From the NCBI GenBank assembly GCA_038087875.1, contig CM075987.1, forward strand, positions 23,190,001 through 23,254,000: a DNA stretch of 64,000 nt. The letters run 5' to 3'. This document shows, piece by piece, positions 1 through 15,403 of this stretch. Made by a program: the position numbers and the translations under genes. A model generated the notes under the pieces. That model ran no database searches, had not been told where the DNA came from, and saw only the letters and a list, made by a program, of their open reading frames with translations. The DNA is from Malacoraja senta (taxonomy: Eukaryota). Each line of letters opens with the position of its first letter. Position 1 is the first letter of the stretch.

Positions 1-347
1 CCCTGGAATTTAGAAGGATGAGAGGATATCTTATTGAAACATATAAGATTATTAAGGGTTTGGACACGCTAGAGGCAGGAAACATGTTCCCGATGTTGGG
101 GGAGTCCAGGACCTGGGGCCACAGTTTAAGAATAAGGGGTAAGCCATTTAGAACGGAGATGAGGAAACACTTCTTCACACAGAGAGTTGTGAGTCTGTGG
201 AATTCTCTGCCTCATAGCGGAGTCAGGGGATATGGGGAGAAGGCAGGAACGGGGTACTGATTGTGGATGATCAGCCATGATCACATTGAATGGCGGTGCT
301 GGCTCGAAGGGCCGAATGGCCTACTCCTGCATCTATTGTCTATTGTC
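1..347 (+). mobile_element. CR1 LINE 3' fragment
   Basis: ORF2 C-terminus LIETYKIIKGLD...FFTQRVVSLWNSLP and (ctattgt)n tail. Confidence 0.9.
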
Positions 348-1372
348 GTTCTCCTGCCTTCTCCCCATAACCCCTGAGACCCGTACTGATCAAAGTAAGA
401 ATAACACATTCATTCATTGTAAATTAATAAATAGGAAAAAAAATGGTCTCTGGGGCAGCCGTTCAACTCAAAACCCTGTGGTTCTGCATCAAGGTGGCCT
501 CTAGTGTTGTAACGATTGAAAGGAGAAGTAAAAGCCTGGGATTTGTAAATGAATCTGGATCCAGTGTGTAGGAAGGGGTTGGAGAGGCTTCAGTGTTTCC
601 ATTCAACCACCTGGTGCCAAACAGGACGATGAGGAATAACAAGCGCCCAGAAGCACGAGTGTGAAAAACATGTTGTTGTTGGTGTGTGTGCGTTTTGCTC
701 GACAGGTGAATGGGTTCGCAGCGGGGCAGAGGCAACAAATGATGTCACGCAGAGGAGCTCTGGGAGTTCTCTCCCCGCGGGGAACCTGTGACTTCACTGC
801 GTTAAATGAAACTGACAATTGTTCTCAGGCTGAACCAGTCACACCAAACAAGTGCCGTCTCCACGTGAGAGTTATCAACCGCCTACCCATGACATACTTC
901 CGTTACAATCCCATCGCAACCACCAGGTTCAAGGATAAATTCTTCCTGACAACCATCATGTTAATTGTACATGGATAAGATAGGTTTGGAGGGATATGGG
1001 CCAAACGCAGGCAGGTGGGACTAGTGTAGATGGGACATGTTGGCCGGTGTGGGAAAGTTGCGCTAAAGGGCCTGTTTCCACACTGTAAGACTCTATGATT
1101 CTGCGACTCTATTACACAACACTAACCTTAACTGTGAACTTCTATGGTTGACTTTGGTTGCACTAAGGACTTTAGCTTTTATTTTGCAAGAGCACTGTGA
1201 TTATAAATTTATAAATTTAATGATTGAAAAAAAATTGTATGATGCTATATTTTTGGAGTCAGTGATTTACCCCCCCACCACCGCAAAGCTCTTCCACAAT
1301 CTACAAAGCACAAGTCAGGAGCGTGATGGGTTAGTGCCCACTAGCCTGGATGAGTGCAGCTCCGACAAGGGT

Positions 1373-1668
1373 CGGCACGGTGGCCCATCGGCAGAGTTGC
1401 TTCCTTACAGCGCCAGAGACCCGGGTTTTATCCCGACTACGGGTGCTGTCTGTACGGAGTTTGTACGTTCTCCCCGTGACCTGCGTGGGTTTTCCCCGGG
1501 ATCTCCGGTTTCCTCCCACACTCCAAAGACGTGCCGGTTTGTAGGTTAATTGGTTTTGGTAAAATTGTCCCTAGTGTGTAGGATAGTGTGTGTGTGTGTA
1601 GGGGTCGCTGGTCGGTGTGGACTAAGTGGGCCCAAGGCCATGCTCCATGCTGTATCACTAAACTAAAC
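1373..1668 (+). mobile_element. tRNA-derived V-SINE (HE1-like)
   Basis: A/B-box head, V-domain gtttgtacgttctccccgtgacctgcgtggg...cctcccacactccaaagac, CR1-like 3' end, (actaa)n tail. More than 20 copies in the window. Confidence 0.85.
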
Positions 1669-3304
1669 TCTCAATATACTCCACACCACCCAGGACAAAG
1701 CAGTCTGCTCGATTGTCATTCCATCAACCACATAAATGGCACAGAGAGCATTGGCCGAAGGGCCCTTCCAAGGAAGCACTGCTCGATGTTCGAAGCAATC
1801 ATTCCATCCAGTGCATGGTGGCTGTAGATCATTCTAAATACAAAACTCATTGTTATCACTCACCTTGGATACTCCACCAGCACCTTCCAAACTCACAACC
1901 TGGACAAACAACGCAAGACCAACATGTATGGCTCTCCTCGAAGTTGCACAACACTTTGACTTGGAAGTATATCACAGGTCTTCATTATCACTGGGTCTAA
2001 ATCTTGAGGGGGAAGATTTAAGAGGAACATTTTCTACACAGAGGGTGGTGGGCATATGGAACGAGTTGCCAGAGGGAGTAGTTGAGGCATGTGCAATAAC
2101 AACGTTTCAAAGATATTTGGACTGATACTGGTTTTGGACAGATTTAGGCGGCTCCGGGCCAAATGCAGGGAAATGGGACTAGTTTAGACGAGGCATCTTG
2201 GTCGGCATGGAAGAGTTGGGCCGAAGGGCCAGTTTCTGTGCTGTACGAATCTATGTGGAATTCACTCCACTGAAGTTGGAACACGGTGAGCCAATTCATG
2301 AATACAATTAAAGACGTTACGAGGATGTGGCCAGGAATCGAAGGCCTGAGTTACAGTACAGCGGGAGGTTAAGCAGGCTACAACTTTATTCCTTGGAGCG
2401 CAGGAGGATAAGGGATGATCTTTTTCGAGATGTGCAAAATCATGAGCGGAATAGATCGGGTAAACGCACTGAGTTTCTTGCCCAGAATCGAGAACCGGAG
2501 GACATTGGCTTAATGTGAGGCGGGAAAGATTTAATAAGAACCTGAGGGGCAACGTTTACTCACAGAGGGTGTGGTGGGTGTATGGAACGAGCTGCCAGGG
2601 GAGGTAGTTGAGACAGGTGCTATGGCAATGTTTAAGAAACATTTGGACAGGTACATGGAGATGGCAGATTTAGAGAGAGATATGGGCCAAACGCAGGCAG
2701 GTGGGACTAGTATAGATGCGACATGTAGGTCGGTGTGGGCAGGTTGGGCCGAAGGGCCTGTTTCTTCACTGGGTGACTCTATGACTATAAGTAAAGAGGT
2801 TCCTAAGTAGGACAAAGGTCTACGATCACACCACATCCAGCTGGGAATGGTGGCAAGCAACCAACAGGAGAAAGAGGCTTCATCCACATTCATCCTCAGT
2901 CTAGATGGAGATCACAGGCTTGTGTGGAGGGGACTATGCTGAACTCTTTGCAAATATATTTCGCTGAAGTGTGGAGGGAATTACCCCACAGCTCCAAATC
3001 CCTGCCCCCCTCCCTCAAGATTGCCATCGCAGAAGAAGCAGATTCTAACGGGTTCTGTCTGTGGACTTTGTAATATCTCATCCGCAGTGCTGACAGCCAG
3101 TGTTAGCTGCTCCAGCACTGCACTGCAATGTCGTAATTCGTAGCCCGAGATCGACAGCTTCTTTCCCAACGAGATAAAAGGAAATGGGGCCAAGGGAGAT
3201 GGATGAAAGAAGACATCAGCTGAGAGTTTGTTGAATGGCAGCAAAGGCTTGGCTGAACAATCTCCAGGTATTATTATCCCCGGCTATAACATTAGCTTAG
3301 TGTC

Positions 3305-3607
3305 GTTTAGTTTAGAGATACAGCGCGGAAACAGGCCCTTCGGCCCACCGAGTCCGTGCCGCCCAGCGATCCACGCACACTAACATTATCCGACACACAC
3401 TTGGGACATTTTTTACAATTTTCACCAAACCAATTAACCTACAAACCTGCGCATCTTTGGAGTGTGGGAGGAAACCGGAGCACCCGGAGAAACCCCACAC
3501 AGGTCACGGGGAGAAGGTACAAGCTCCATACAGAGAGCACCTGCAGTCAGGATCGAACCGGGTCTCTGGAGCTGAAAGGCAGCAACTCAACCGCCGGGCC
3601 ACCGTGC
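3305..3607 (-). mobile_element. V-SINE
   Basis: Full-length copy, reverse orientation. Confidence 0.85.
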
Positions 3608-4685
3608 TGCCCCTGGAAGTTGTTGACTTACCTGGTTCCCTTGAAGTCCTCTGAAACACCGCCTGGACTCGCCACTCCATATTTTTGTAACAGCCTTACC
3701 ACCTTAGCTTTGAGTTCCCTCAATTCTGGGGTAACTCAACGGGTCAGGCAGCATCACTGGAGAAAAGGAATACGTGACGTTTCGGGGTCGAGACCCATCT
3801 TCGGTTTAGTTTAGAGAGACACCGCGGAAACAGGCCCTGTTCTTTGCACGTCTTTGGAGCGTGGGAAGAAACTGGAGCACCCGTGGAAAATTCACGGAGA
3901 ACGTACAAACTCCGTACAGGCCGCACCCGTAGTCAGGATCGAACCAGGGTCTCTGGCGCTGTAAGGCAGCAACGTCACCGGTGCACCACCCGGAATATTG
4001 AGCATTGCTGTCAAGATTGTAACCTCTGCACCATCCTCCCTCATCCTCCCCACTTTCTCCCTCTCTCCCAACCTACAAACTCATTTCTCGGCAAGTTTCA
4101 GGTCACCCATATTTTTTGAAAATTGTAGTTGCCAGAGAAACACATTGGATTGCTTTTCTCCATGGAAGATACGATATAAATGGAAGGTGATGGATTTGTT
4201 TTGAGTGCTACGCTGGCAGGAAGCAGCAACAATAATCACATATCAATTCCACTGCTGCAACCTTTCGAGGTCAATATCCCAAGGGCAGTAGTTGTGGGAT
4301 TTTATCTCTCAGCTAAATACAGAAATAACTGGAAGGTTACTGCTGAGTCTCGTTGGTATTTTGGACAGTCATGGTGAGGTGGCAGAAACAAGGAGAAGAA
4401 ACAAAGGTTCGACCTTGGCATTAAGAGATAAGATGCCCCCCCCCCCCCCACTGTTCACAAAGGACTGGGGAGACCCCTGCCTCTCATGTGGCAAGTCAAC
4501 CTGCAAATCTTGCAGATGCCAGGTATAATGAAGGAATAAAACTTCTTCTCTGCCCCACAAAACATTCCTGGCTGAGACACAGAGTCAAGATCCTACTGCA
4601 CCATCCTATCGAACCTTCAGGTTAGATACTAATCTCTCTCTGCATTGTGATGGCACAGATCTGAGTGAAGAGCTGTCCACTTACA

Positions 4686-5160
4686 TGAGTTCTTAAGTTC
4701 TAGGAGCAGAATTGGACCATTCGGCCCATCAAGTGTACTCCGCCCTTCAATCATGGCTGATCTATCTTTCACTCTCAACCCCATTCTCCTGCCTTCTCCC
4801 CATATCCCCCGACACCCGTACCAATCAAGAATCTGTCTATCTCTGCCTTAAAAATATCCATTCACTTGGCCTCCACAGCCTTCTGTGGCAATGAATTCCA
4901 CAGATTCCCCACCATCTGACGAAACAAATTCCTCCTCATCTCATTCCTAATGGAACGTCCTTTCATTCAGAGTCTATGACCTCTGGTCCTAGATTCTCCC
5001 ACTAGTGGAAACATCCTCTCCACATCCACTCTATCCAGGCCTTTCATTATTTGGTAAATTTCAATAAAGTCCTCCGCCCTCATCCTTCTAAACTCCAGCG
5101 AGTACAGGCCCAGTGCCGTCAAACGCTCATCATATGTAAACTGATGTAAACATATGTACA
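4686..5160 (-). mobile_element. CR1 LINE 3' fragment
   Basis: YDERLTALGLYSLEFRRMR...GESRTRGH. Confidence 0.85.
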
Positions 5161-5759
5161 CTTTGTCCCATCAAACACTCCTAGAAACTCCCACCATTTG
5201 ATGTTTCCCATCTGCAGGTTACAGATGGTGCCTATCAAAGTTTAATATATCAACTTGGTGGGTTGGGATTCATTACCTATGTAGAATGGTTCAGTCAGAA
5301 TGATTGAGTTTGAATAGTTAAGGGAAGAATTGACAAAGGTGTTTGCATTTTATGTAGGACTTTGATAGAGCAAAAATGGACAACTATGTCCACTGGAAGG
5401 TTGGGAACTACAGTTCACAGAGTGTAGATGAATGGCAAAGAGCCAGAGGAAAGATGACAATTTCTTTAACACAGAGAGGTATAATGGTTTGAATGAACAG
5501 TCGACGCAGAAATAAATGTTGAAAGGGATTTGGATAAGTCATGAAGGGAGAAAATGTTCAGGGTTTGTGAGTGGGGCTTTGAAACGCTCTTTCAAAGTGC
5601 TGGTTCAGTGCCAGTGAGGGGAAGGGCCATCGATGCTGCGGGGCTATGATGATTTTGATGCGTGGGTGTGAGAGGTTGCTGTTCCAGGCTCATCATCCAG
5701 CAGCTGAAGGAACATTTTTGCTAAAGGCTTTCGCCACAACACAAGGAGCGAAGGATTCA

Positions 5760-7679
5760 CAGCACATCATTGGACTCCTTTTAATGATAAAATAGAAAGA
5801 GGGAAGTACAGAGGTTGAGTTTAACAGTCGCACCGTTCCCTTCTAACAACAGTCAACAGCAGCACAAGCCGACCTCTGCGTTCATTGATAGTTGTGGAGA
5901 TAAAGTTCAAATACACACACACACCCTGACAATGGATGGACGCACACGCACACACACACACACACACAGCAGTCATGTGGACATTCATGCACACGCACAT
6001 ACACACACTCACATACACAGATAATAGCATGTGTACACACACACACTCACATACACAGATAATAGCATGTGTACACACACACACACGCTCACTCTTATTC
6101 ATATAGACACACATACATACACGCACACGCACACGCACTCACACGCCTAAATAAAGATATGTAGGGGTCCTCCCCAATACATGCATAAACACTCGAATAA
6201 ACATATGCGCACACACACACATAAACACGCACACACATATATACACACACACACATGCACACAGCACAGATAAAGGAATGGGCACACATAAGTGACCAAG
6301 ATATACATACATTAAATATACATACACAGACACACTCACCCCTCATTCACACAAATGCACAGTTTTTGCAAAGGAATTAAACCATATTCTAGCAGCTGAT
6401 AACTGTAGGATTCACTAATGTGATGAAGACATGGTTTGTCCGTCGACACCTTATTGATGGGACTGAAGATGAAACTTCTACAAGCAGTCCTGGGTTGAAC
6501 TTCAGAACCAAACCTTAAAATACCAGGTGCTATGATGGAAAAAAGTACTCCAAGATAATGACGTCTAAATATGATGCACCTCACGTTGCAATATCAACAC
6601 ACATTTGTTAAATGGGCTATAAGACTGTGCCACTGACAACTGCGACACATAGTTCACGATATGACTCACTTAATGCAGAAACCAGTTTTTCGACAATTAC
6701 ATCTCTTCACAATAAATAGCAACCTCCTTCCCGGTGATGATGATGAGGCAGCTGTGTAAGTTTGCAGTAGGGAACAATGAGGGGCAATCCAGCCAAGTCC
6801 AATAGTTCCATCCAGTAGATTCTTCCCGCTCCTTTGGTAGTGGGTTAGTGGTTGCAACCGGTCTTTGTCACCGTCTTCCCCCCCACCCCCCCCCCCCTGG
6901 GTGGTGAGGGGGAGGGAGACAGGGCCTGTGGGTTCATCACCCTGCCTGCCCGCCTTCCCCTGACATCGGCGGGAGTATCGGAGATAGATTGATCAATGGG
7001 CACCGATGCCTCTTGCGCATCAGCTGGGATCGTTGCCGTGGTTTATTCAGGACCCGCTCCCGGTTCGATTCCCACCATGGTTTGGTGGGAAACCGCTCGG
7101 GAGCCCCCCCCCCTCAACATTTGAGGCAACAAATGGAGGGGGGGGGGTGAGGTGAGGAGGGGGAAATGGAGTGGGAATAGAGTGGGAATAGAGTAAAATG
7201 TAGAGTTGGCAGGTGAGGGGAGAGATGAAGTGAGGGGGGAGCGGGCAGAAGGGGAGGGAACGAGGCGAGATCAGGAAGGGTGGGGAGGCAGAGGGATAGA
7301 ATGGAGGGTGAGAGGGGTAGAAGGGAGGGTCGGGCAAAGTGGGTGAGATGAATTGATGGAGCACCCAGATGGAGAAAGCATTGTGAGAGGGAGAGATGGG
7401 GGGGGGGGGGACATGGTGGGGGGGGGGGGGGACGGGGAAGGGGAGGACAAAGATGGTGGACTAGGAGAAGGATGGGCAGGAAAGTGTCCATTCCTGGTTG
7501 ATTCCGACTCCAGTTCTTGTTGTATTGGGAGTCAATGTTTAACGAGAAGCTCGCTCACACGAGGAGAATAACCTAGACAGCTAAGTGTTGTTTCTACAGA
7601 ATATATTTACCTGTACACCTCCACAGATCTATAAATCTGTATATGGACTGCACCACCGCCGTATAAATGAAGGCGAGTT
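5760..7679 (-). other. Probable 3' UTR of the noelin gene
   Basis: Transposon-free sequence after the stop codon. Candidate poly(A) signals are AATAAA at 7047-7042 and ATTAAA at 5785-5780. The end point is inferred. Confidence 0.5.
5911..6340. repeat. Degenerate (CA)-rich tract
   Basis: Direct inspection. Confidence 0.9.
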
Positions 7680-8408
<729 letters not shown>

Positions 8409-9955
8409 TCAATGTGACAGCTGAACCTCCCTGTCCAGTTGGCACAGGGCAAAACCAGGCAGGAGCGGTTAAAATTGCCAAAGGGTTTGACTGGGTAACT
8501 GAATACCCTTCACCTGCATCCACCTATCACTCCCCAGGTCAAATCTCCCTCACCTGCATCCACCTATCACTCCCCAGGTCAAATCTCCCTCAGCTATCAC
8601 TCCCCAGGTCAAATCCCACTCGCCTGTAACCACCTATTACTGGCCACCCACAATAGACCTATATTCTATTGTCTATCCCCCTAACCTGTATTCGCCCATC
8701 ACTTGTGGAAATCTCTGCCTCAGAGGGCGGTGGAGGCAGGTTCTCTGGAGGCTTTCAAGAGAGAGCTAGATAGGGCTCTTAAAATAGCAGAGTCAGGGGA
8801 TATGGGGAGAAGGCAGGAACTGGGTACTGATTGGGGATGATCAGCCATGATCACATTGAATGGCGGTGCTGGCTCGAAGGGCCGAATGGCCTACTCCTGC
8901 ACCTATTGTCTATTGTCTATTGCCAGATCAAATCCCCCTCACCTGTATCGGAGTGCGGGAGGAAACCGGAGCTCCCAAAGAAAACCCACGCAGGTTACGG
9001 GGAGAACGAACAAACTCTGTACAGACAGGCACCCATAATCAGGATCAAACCTGGGTCCCTGGTGCTACAAGGCAGCAGCTCTACCGCTGCGTCACCATGC
9101 TGCCCTTCACTAAACTCAACTAAAATACCAGAGCGCAGAATATATTTTCTCAGCAATGTAGCGTAACCGTTCCAGAGAAGATGTCCTATAAACCGCAAGG
9201 AGGTAGATTGGAAGATCGAGACTGGACCCGAGTTTATGGAAGGATCGTTCAGAAGTCAGATGACAGTTCACCATGCTGGAATGATCAGATGGTGGGCTCA
9301 GCTGGATACTATTACAGCTGAAACCATTAGAACAGCTGGATATTAAACTATGGCCATAGAGACCTATTACTGTGTCAGGAAGTTTTCACTCAGAACTAAA
9401 TATAAGTAACGAGAAATCTATGTGCAGAGCAGCTGATTACTATACACGTAAGATCAATATGTGCACGGTTTCATGTGTTTGCATCACATCTGCTGTAAGT
9501 TGTACCCTAAAGGATATTGGACCAGGCATTTGCAGCTAGCATTTACACTTGCACTACAGCTAACTTCTTTCAGCATCATTCGGGCATGAAATTAGAAATG
9601 GAAAGGAGGACCGACAATCTGGAATTTAGATTTTAAAACTCTGAGCCCAACAGTGTCCAGCCTTGTGGGAAGCGGTTGTACAGCGAGGATTAAAGTATCT
9701 GGGACACCAATGTTTTGCTTTCCGAATGCGGCTGGCTGCATTTTTACTGCTCTGTGCACTCGTTGCTGGGTCATTCATGAGTGCATGGCGATTGCGGGAA
9801 GCACGGCTCATGCATGCACCTTGCATTCGCTGCAGGCTTGCAGCTGCATGACGAGCATTGGGGCGAGCATTAGGGTGAGGGGGATATGATGGCAGACGCG
9901 CGGTGTGTCTCCCTGCCCACTTCAGCATCCCTCCATCGCAACCGTGGTACTGTAC

Positions 9956-10258
9956 TTTAGTTTAGTTTAGAGATACAGCGCGGAAACAGGCCCTTTGGCC
10001 CACCGAGTCCATGCCGACCAGCGATCATTCCGTACACTATCCTACATACACTGGGGACGATTTACAATTTTACTGAAGTCAATTAACCTACAAACCTGTA
10101 CTCCTTTGGAGTGTGGGAAGAAACTGAATCACCCGGAGAAAACCCACACGATCACAGGGAGAACGTGCAAACTCCGTACAGACAGCACCCGTAGTCAGGA
10201 GAGAACCTGGGTCCCTGGTGCTGTGAGGCAGCAACTCTACTGCTGCGCCACCGTGCCG
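9956..10258 (-). mobile_element. V-SINE
   Basis: Full-length copy. Confidence 0.85.
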
Positions 10259-11302
10259 ACTGTACTGTGAGGCCATGGAGGGTGGAGTTTAAGGCACTGC
10301 CTCACTTCCCAGTGACCGGGGGTGGGGGGGGGGGGGGGGGGATGACATGGCTTGGCACCAAGGGAAACACATGGAGGACATTTTATAGAGTCACACTGCG
10401 TGGAAACATTGGCCCCAACGTGCCCACGTTTTAATACAGCAAATCAGGGAGAAACACGCTCAGAAATGTTTAAGGATACATGAATAAAGAATGAATACGT
10501 TTATTGGCCAAGTATTCACATACAAGGAATTTGCCTTGGTGCTCCGCCCACAAGTGACAACATGACATTGGTGACATACATTTCACCAATTTAACATTGT
10601 TTGTGGGTTACCAAAATGGGGTTTAGGGCTAAATAAATAGAATGAGGATACTTCACAATTGTGGGAATGGTCATATGATGGGCCGAATGCAAAGTGCTGG
10701 AGGAACTCAGTGGGTAAGTCAGCATCTGTGAAGGGAATGGACAGACGGGATCCGTCTTCCTGCTCTCCTGCTGTGGTTGCCTAAGCTGGATACTGTAGAG
10801 AATTCATCAGAAAAACTGGATCATTGAGGTTTATCTACAGAGACCCTGCACTGTATCAGAAAGATTTCACTCAACTGGCAAACTAGAAATCTAAAGTGCG
10901 TAGTACCCGATTAATATGTACATAACTTAACGTTGTGCATGTTTTAATGTGCGATTTGTCTACATAAAATTACACACTGAAATTGGGTCAAATCCAATTC
11001 ATCAGTAAGAGTACCTATTCTGATCTCCACACCCGAATTTTTAAAAAAATCGATGGTATAAGGGCTAACATAAATAAAATGTCCTTCGTAACTCAGGCAT
11101 TCCCCGAATGCTCTTTGGTGTAATTACCATTGTGATCTAGAAAGCACAGCAGACAATTTGTAGACAGGACGGCCTCCCAAACGGCAAGGACATGAGTTCA
11201 AGGTAATTTAATTTGCCACATTGCTTAAGGTGTGAATATTGGATGTGATCTTTCACTCCCACTCAGGAGAGCAAGAGGGATTTCAGAAAACACAGCTGAT
11301 AA

Positions 11303-11745
11303 CGGCGGCACGGTGGCGCAGCTGGTAGAGTTACTGCCTTACAGCGCCAAAGAACCAGGTTCGATCCTGACCTCGGGTGCTGTGTTCTATGTTTCTCACG
11401 GGTTATTGATAGGGGACGATCAGCATGATCACGATGAATGGCGGTGCTGGCTCGAAGAGCCGAATGGCCTCCTCCTGCACCTATTTTCTATGTTTTTCTA
11501 TGCACGGAGTTTGTACGTTCTCCCTGTGACCGCGTGGGTTTCCTCCAAGTGCTCTGGGTTCCCCCCACACCCCAAAGACGTGCGGGTTTGTAGGTTAATT
11601 GGCCCTCTGTAAATTGCCCCTAGTGTGCAGGGAGTGGATGAGAAAGTGGAATAACATGGAACGCACTGAACTGGTGATCCATGGTTGGCGTGGACACGGT
11701 GGGCCGAAGGGCCTGTTTCCATGCTGTATCTCAAACCTAAACTCA
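11303..11745 (+). mobile_element. V-SINE interrupted by a CR1 3' tail (about 11387-11499)
   Basis: SINE head and V-domain are split by a CR1 tail ending ttttctatgtttttctatg. Confidence 0.75.
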
Positions 11746-12127
11746 ACTAACAATAAAGGATTCCAGCGGAGCGATATTGAGGAATTTTGCAGAGGATGAA
11801 ATCTTTGGCTTTATGGTTGACCATGGGGAGGAAAGCTTTGAACGGCACAAAGACATCGATGACAGACACAAGAAGCTGGAGTAACTCAGCGGGACAGGCA
11901 GCATCTCTGGAGAGAAGGAATGGGTGACGTTTCGGGTCGAGACCCTTCTTCCGATGGTTTGGACAGTGGGGCAGAGAAGGGACAAACAGAAATGAATGCA
12001 GAGAAGCAGGTGCAATAGGGTGAGGACGTATAGCGGAGGAGGAAGAGGGAGTTGTCATCCACGGGTAGTTAAAGGCAGCAGGACATCTTAACAAGGTGGT
12101 TATGGAGGATGCTGCTGGAGTAGCAGA

Positions 12128-12475
12128 GAGAAAGGGGTTGGACAGGCTAGATGCAGGAAGATTGTTCCCGATGTTGGGGAAGTCCAGAACAAGGGGTCAC
12201 AGTTTAAGGATAAGGGGGAAGTCTTTTAGGACCGAGATGAGGAAGAAAAAAATTCACACAGAGAGTGGTGAATCTGTGGAATTCTCTGCCTCAGAAGGTA
12301 GTTGAGGCCAGTTCATTGGCTATATTTAAGAGGGAGTTGGATGTGGCCTTTGTGGCTAGAGGGATCAGGGGGTATGGAGAGAAGGCAGGTACTGGATACT
12401 GAGGGATGATCAGCCATGATCAAATTGAATGGCGGTGCAGGCTCGAAGGGCCGAATGGCCTACTCCTCCACCTAT
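12128..12475 (+). mobile_element. CR1 LINE 3' fragment
   Basis: KGLDRLDAGRLFPMLGKSRTRGHSLRIRG and CR1 3' UTR. Confidence 0.85.
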
Positions 12476-13061
12476 TTATTTATTAAAGAATATAGCAGAG
12501 AATTGAGGTTTTCCAGGTTTCAACATGTTCTGTCTGTGAGACCCTAACAGCTTGGGTACCTGGATAGGAATGATTTAGAGGGATATGGCTAAATGTAGGC
12601 AGGTGGGACTGGTGTAGATGGGGCATCTTGGTCCGCAGGGCAAAGCTGAGCCCAATACCTGTTTCTGTGCGGTATGGATCGATGGCTATATCTACTGGAT
12701 CTGGAAACGTTAAGTATAAAGTAAGTAATTCCTTCGCGATGGCGCAGTCAATAGAGCCACGCACAATGCCTTGCCTCTGCTATCTTTCACACCTTTAACT
12801 CATTCTTGACATTTAGCGATTTGGCCAATTAGGTCTAATTAGTTCAAGTCCAATCCAACCAAACACAAAATCAATTAAGAAAGCAAAATTGTGAGTGTGT
12901 TTCCTGGTCGACCTCCCTACAAACCGCTGACAACGTTAACTCAAGCAACACATTTACAAAGTGGATGAATGAAAGGAAACATGATCAGCATAACTCAATG
13001 TTGGCCCATTGTGCTTAGAATATCGGCACTTAATTCCTTAGCCCACCAGCCAACCAAGATA

Positions 13062-13340
13062 TTGTGTTCAAAGAAGGAACTGCAGATGCTGGAAAATCGA
13101 AGGTAGACAAAAATGCTGGAGAAACTCAGCGGGTGCAGCAGCATCTATGGAGCGAAGGAAATAGGCAACGTTTCGGGCCGAAACCCTTGGGTTTCGGCCC
13201 GAAACGTTGCCTATTTCCTTAAGGGTTATTTTCTTAAGGGTTGCCTATTCCCTTAAGGGTTTCGGGCCGAAACGTTGCCTATTTCCTTCGCTCCATAGAT
13301 GCTGCTGCACCCGCTGAGTTTCTCCAGCATTTTTGTGTAC
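13062..13340. mobile_element. Penelope-derived hairpin element with central cassette
   Basis: Inverted arms of about 95 bp; flanking direct repeat accagccaaccaagata at 13045-13061 and 13339-13355. Confidence 0.8.
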
Positions 13341-13542
13341 CAGCCAACCAAGATACTCAAGGCCAGAGCCCTCTGGGCTAAATCTGTAAAACTCTATTTT
13401 GCTACTTTATTTCACGTATTTTATGTTCATTTAATAATTAATTATTATCGATTATTAATTTTAAATTATTATTCATCATTATTATTATATTAACATTTTA
13501 TGTAACATTTAGTTCCAGAATAAACAAGAGGTCACTCTCTTA

Positions 13543-13772
13543 AGGGCCTGTCCCACTTTCACCACCTAATTCGCGACCTTTTTTTACTCGTGGACATTTT
13601 TCATCACGCTAGAAAAAACGCCCCGACCTACTTGAATGCCACGAGTACCTACGACTAGCATCACGGCCTCCTACGACCTACCTACGACCTCGTGACGACC
13701 ATGCTGCGAGTAGGAGTCAAGGGCAAACTCGGCAGAGGTCGTGAATTAGGTCGTGAAAGTGGGACGGGCCCT
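13543..13772. mobile_element. PIF/Harbinger-type MITE
   Basis: TIR agggcctgtcccacttt...aaagtgggacgggccct; TTA TSD; internal (ctacgac) repeats. Confidence 0.85.
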
Positions 13773-15403
13773 TTAGGGATCTCTCCGTCATTTCCTCCAG
13801 CTTTATACACCTCATTAAGATCATAAGTGATAGGAGCAGAATTAGGCCATTCGGCCCACAAGTCTACTCCGCCTTTCAAACATGGCTGATCTATCTCTCC
13901 CTCCTAACCCCATTCTCCTGCCTTCCCCCATAGCTCGTGACATCCGTACTAATCAATAATCTATCTATCTCTGCTATAAAAATATCCATTCCTTCTCTCC
14001 AGAGATGCTGCCTGTCCTGCTGAGTCCCTCCAGCTTTTTGTGTCTATGTTCGGTTTAAACCAGCATCTGCAGTTCCTTCCTATATATTCCCTATCATGTA
14101 TCAATGTATACACTGTAAATGCACTGATTGTAATCATGTATTGTCTTTCCACTGACTGGTTAGCACGCAACAAAGCTTTTCACTGTACCTCGGTACACGT
14201 GACAATAAACTAACACTGAACTGAGATACGTCTTCAGCGCTGTTTGAGCCCCAGTGTCTTCAGGATGCGTCTGTTTTTCAGGATGAGCTTTTAGACTCCT
14301 GCCCTACGTTGCTCAGAGTCGAGTTTTGTTTGACACCACCTTCAGCCTCTCCTCATTTCTTCCCCAAGCACAAGGAACATCTTTAATTGCTCCTTCACTT
14401 ATCCTGTTGAAACCTTTCACAATCTTTCACATTTTTTTGAGACACGAGAGACGGCAGATGCTGGAAACTTGAGCAAACAGCAAACTGCTGAGGAAACTCA
14501 ATGGGCCAGGCAGGGTCTGAGGACGGAAATCGACAGACACCGGTTTCGGATTGAGACTGAGTGGGGTCTCGACCCAAACCTCGTCTGTCCATTTCCCTCC
14601 AAGATGCTGCCTGACCCACTGAGTTACTCCGGCACTTTAGTTTATTCTATTCCTTACCAGTTTTCCAAATTTGTGCCATCTTGATTGATTGATTAGATTT
14701 TATTGATTGATTAGATTTTATTGTCATTTGAACCTCAAAGAGGCTCAAACGAAATTCCGTTTCCACAGCCATACAAACAAAACAATTCCTACACGACACA
14801 CAAACAATTCAATTTACAGAAAAACATCCATCGCAGTGAATCTTCTCCTCACTGTGATGGAAGGCAAAGTGCACTGCATACCTAGGCCCGAGGCCTGACA
14901 CATATCGCAATTGGAGCGGTCCCAACACACTTCCATTGAGGACACCATTTTATTCCTCCTCTATGGACATTGACAATAACTCTCTTTCAATCCTGAGCCA
15001 ATTTTGTGCTGCTACTGCTTGCTTGATCCTTTGGGCTTGTTACTCTCTAATGAACCACTTCTCCATAATAAGACCATAAGACATAGGAGCATTCGGCCCA
15101 TCGAGTCAACTCCGCCATTCGATCATGGCTGATGCATTTTTGTCTCTCAACGCTATTCTCCTTCCTTCTCCCGTAACCCTGTGAGGCCCTTACTTCCCTC
15201 CACCCACACCCCCTCCTCCTTCCACCCCCCTTCTCCTTCCACCCCCATATCAATTACTTGTACATTGTCTCCTTGATTCCAGTCCACCCTCCATGGGGTT
15301 AGGTGGTCACCACTGAGTTGTGCGGCAGGTGCTTTGATCGGCGTTTACTGGTCACTGTTCGGTGAGTGTGTGGTCGGTATGTGGACTGGTGATTACTGAT
15401 AAC

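Noticed and set aside
1373..1450. tRNA gene-like A/B boxes at SINE heads
   Set aside because: They continue into the V-domain and LINE tail, so they are SINEs rather than tRNA genes.
9690..9900. GCAT/TGCATG-rich intronic stretch as an RBFOX cluster or hairpin
   Set aside because: Few sense-strand UGCAUG sites and no long clean stem; not enough support.
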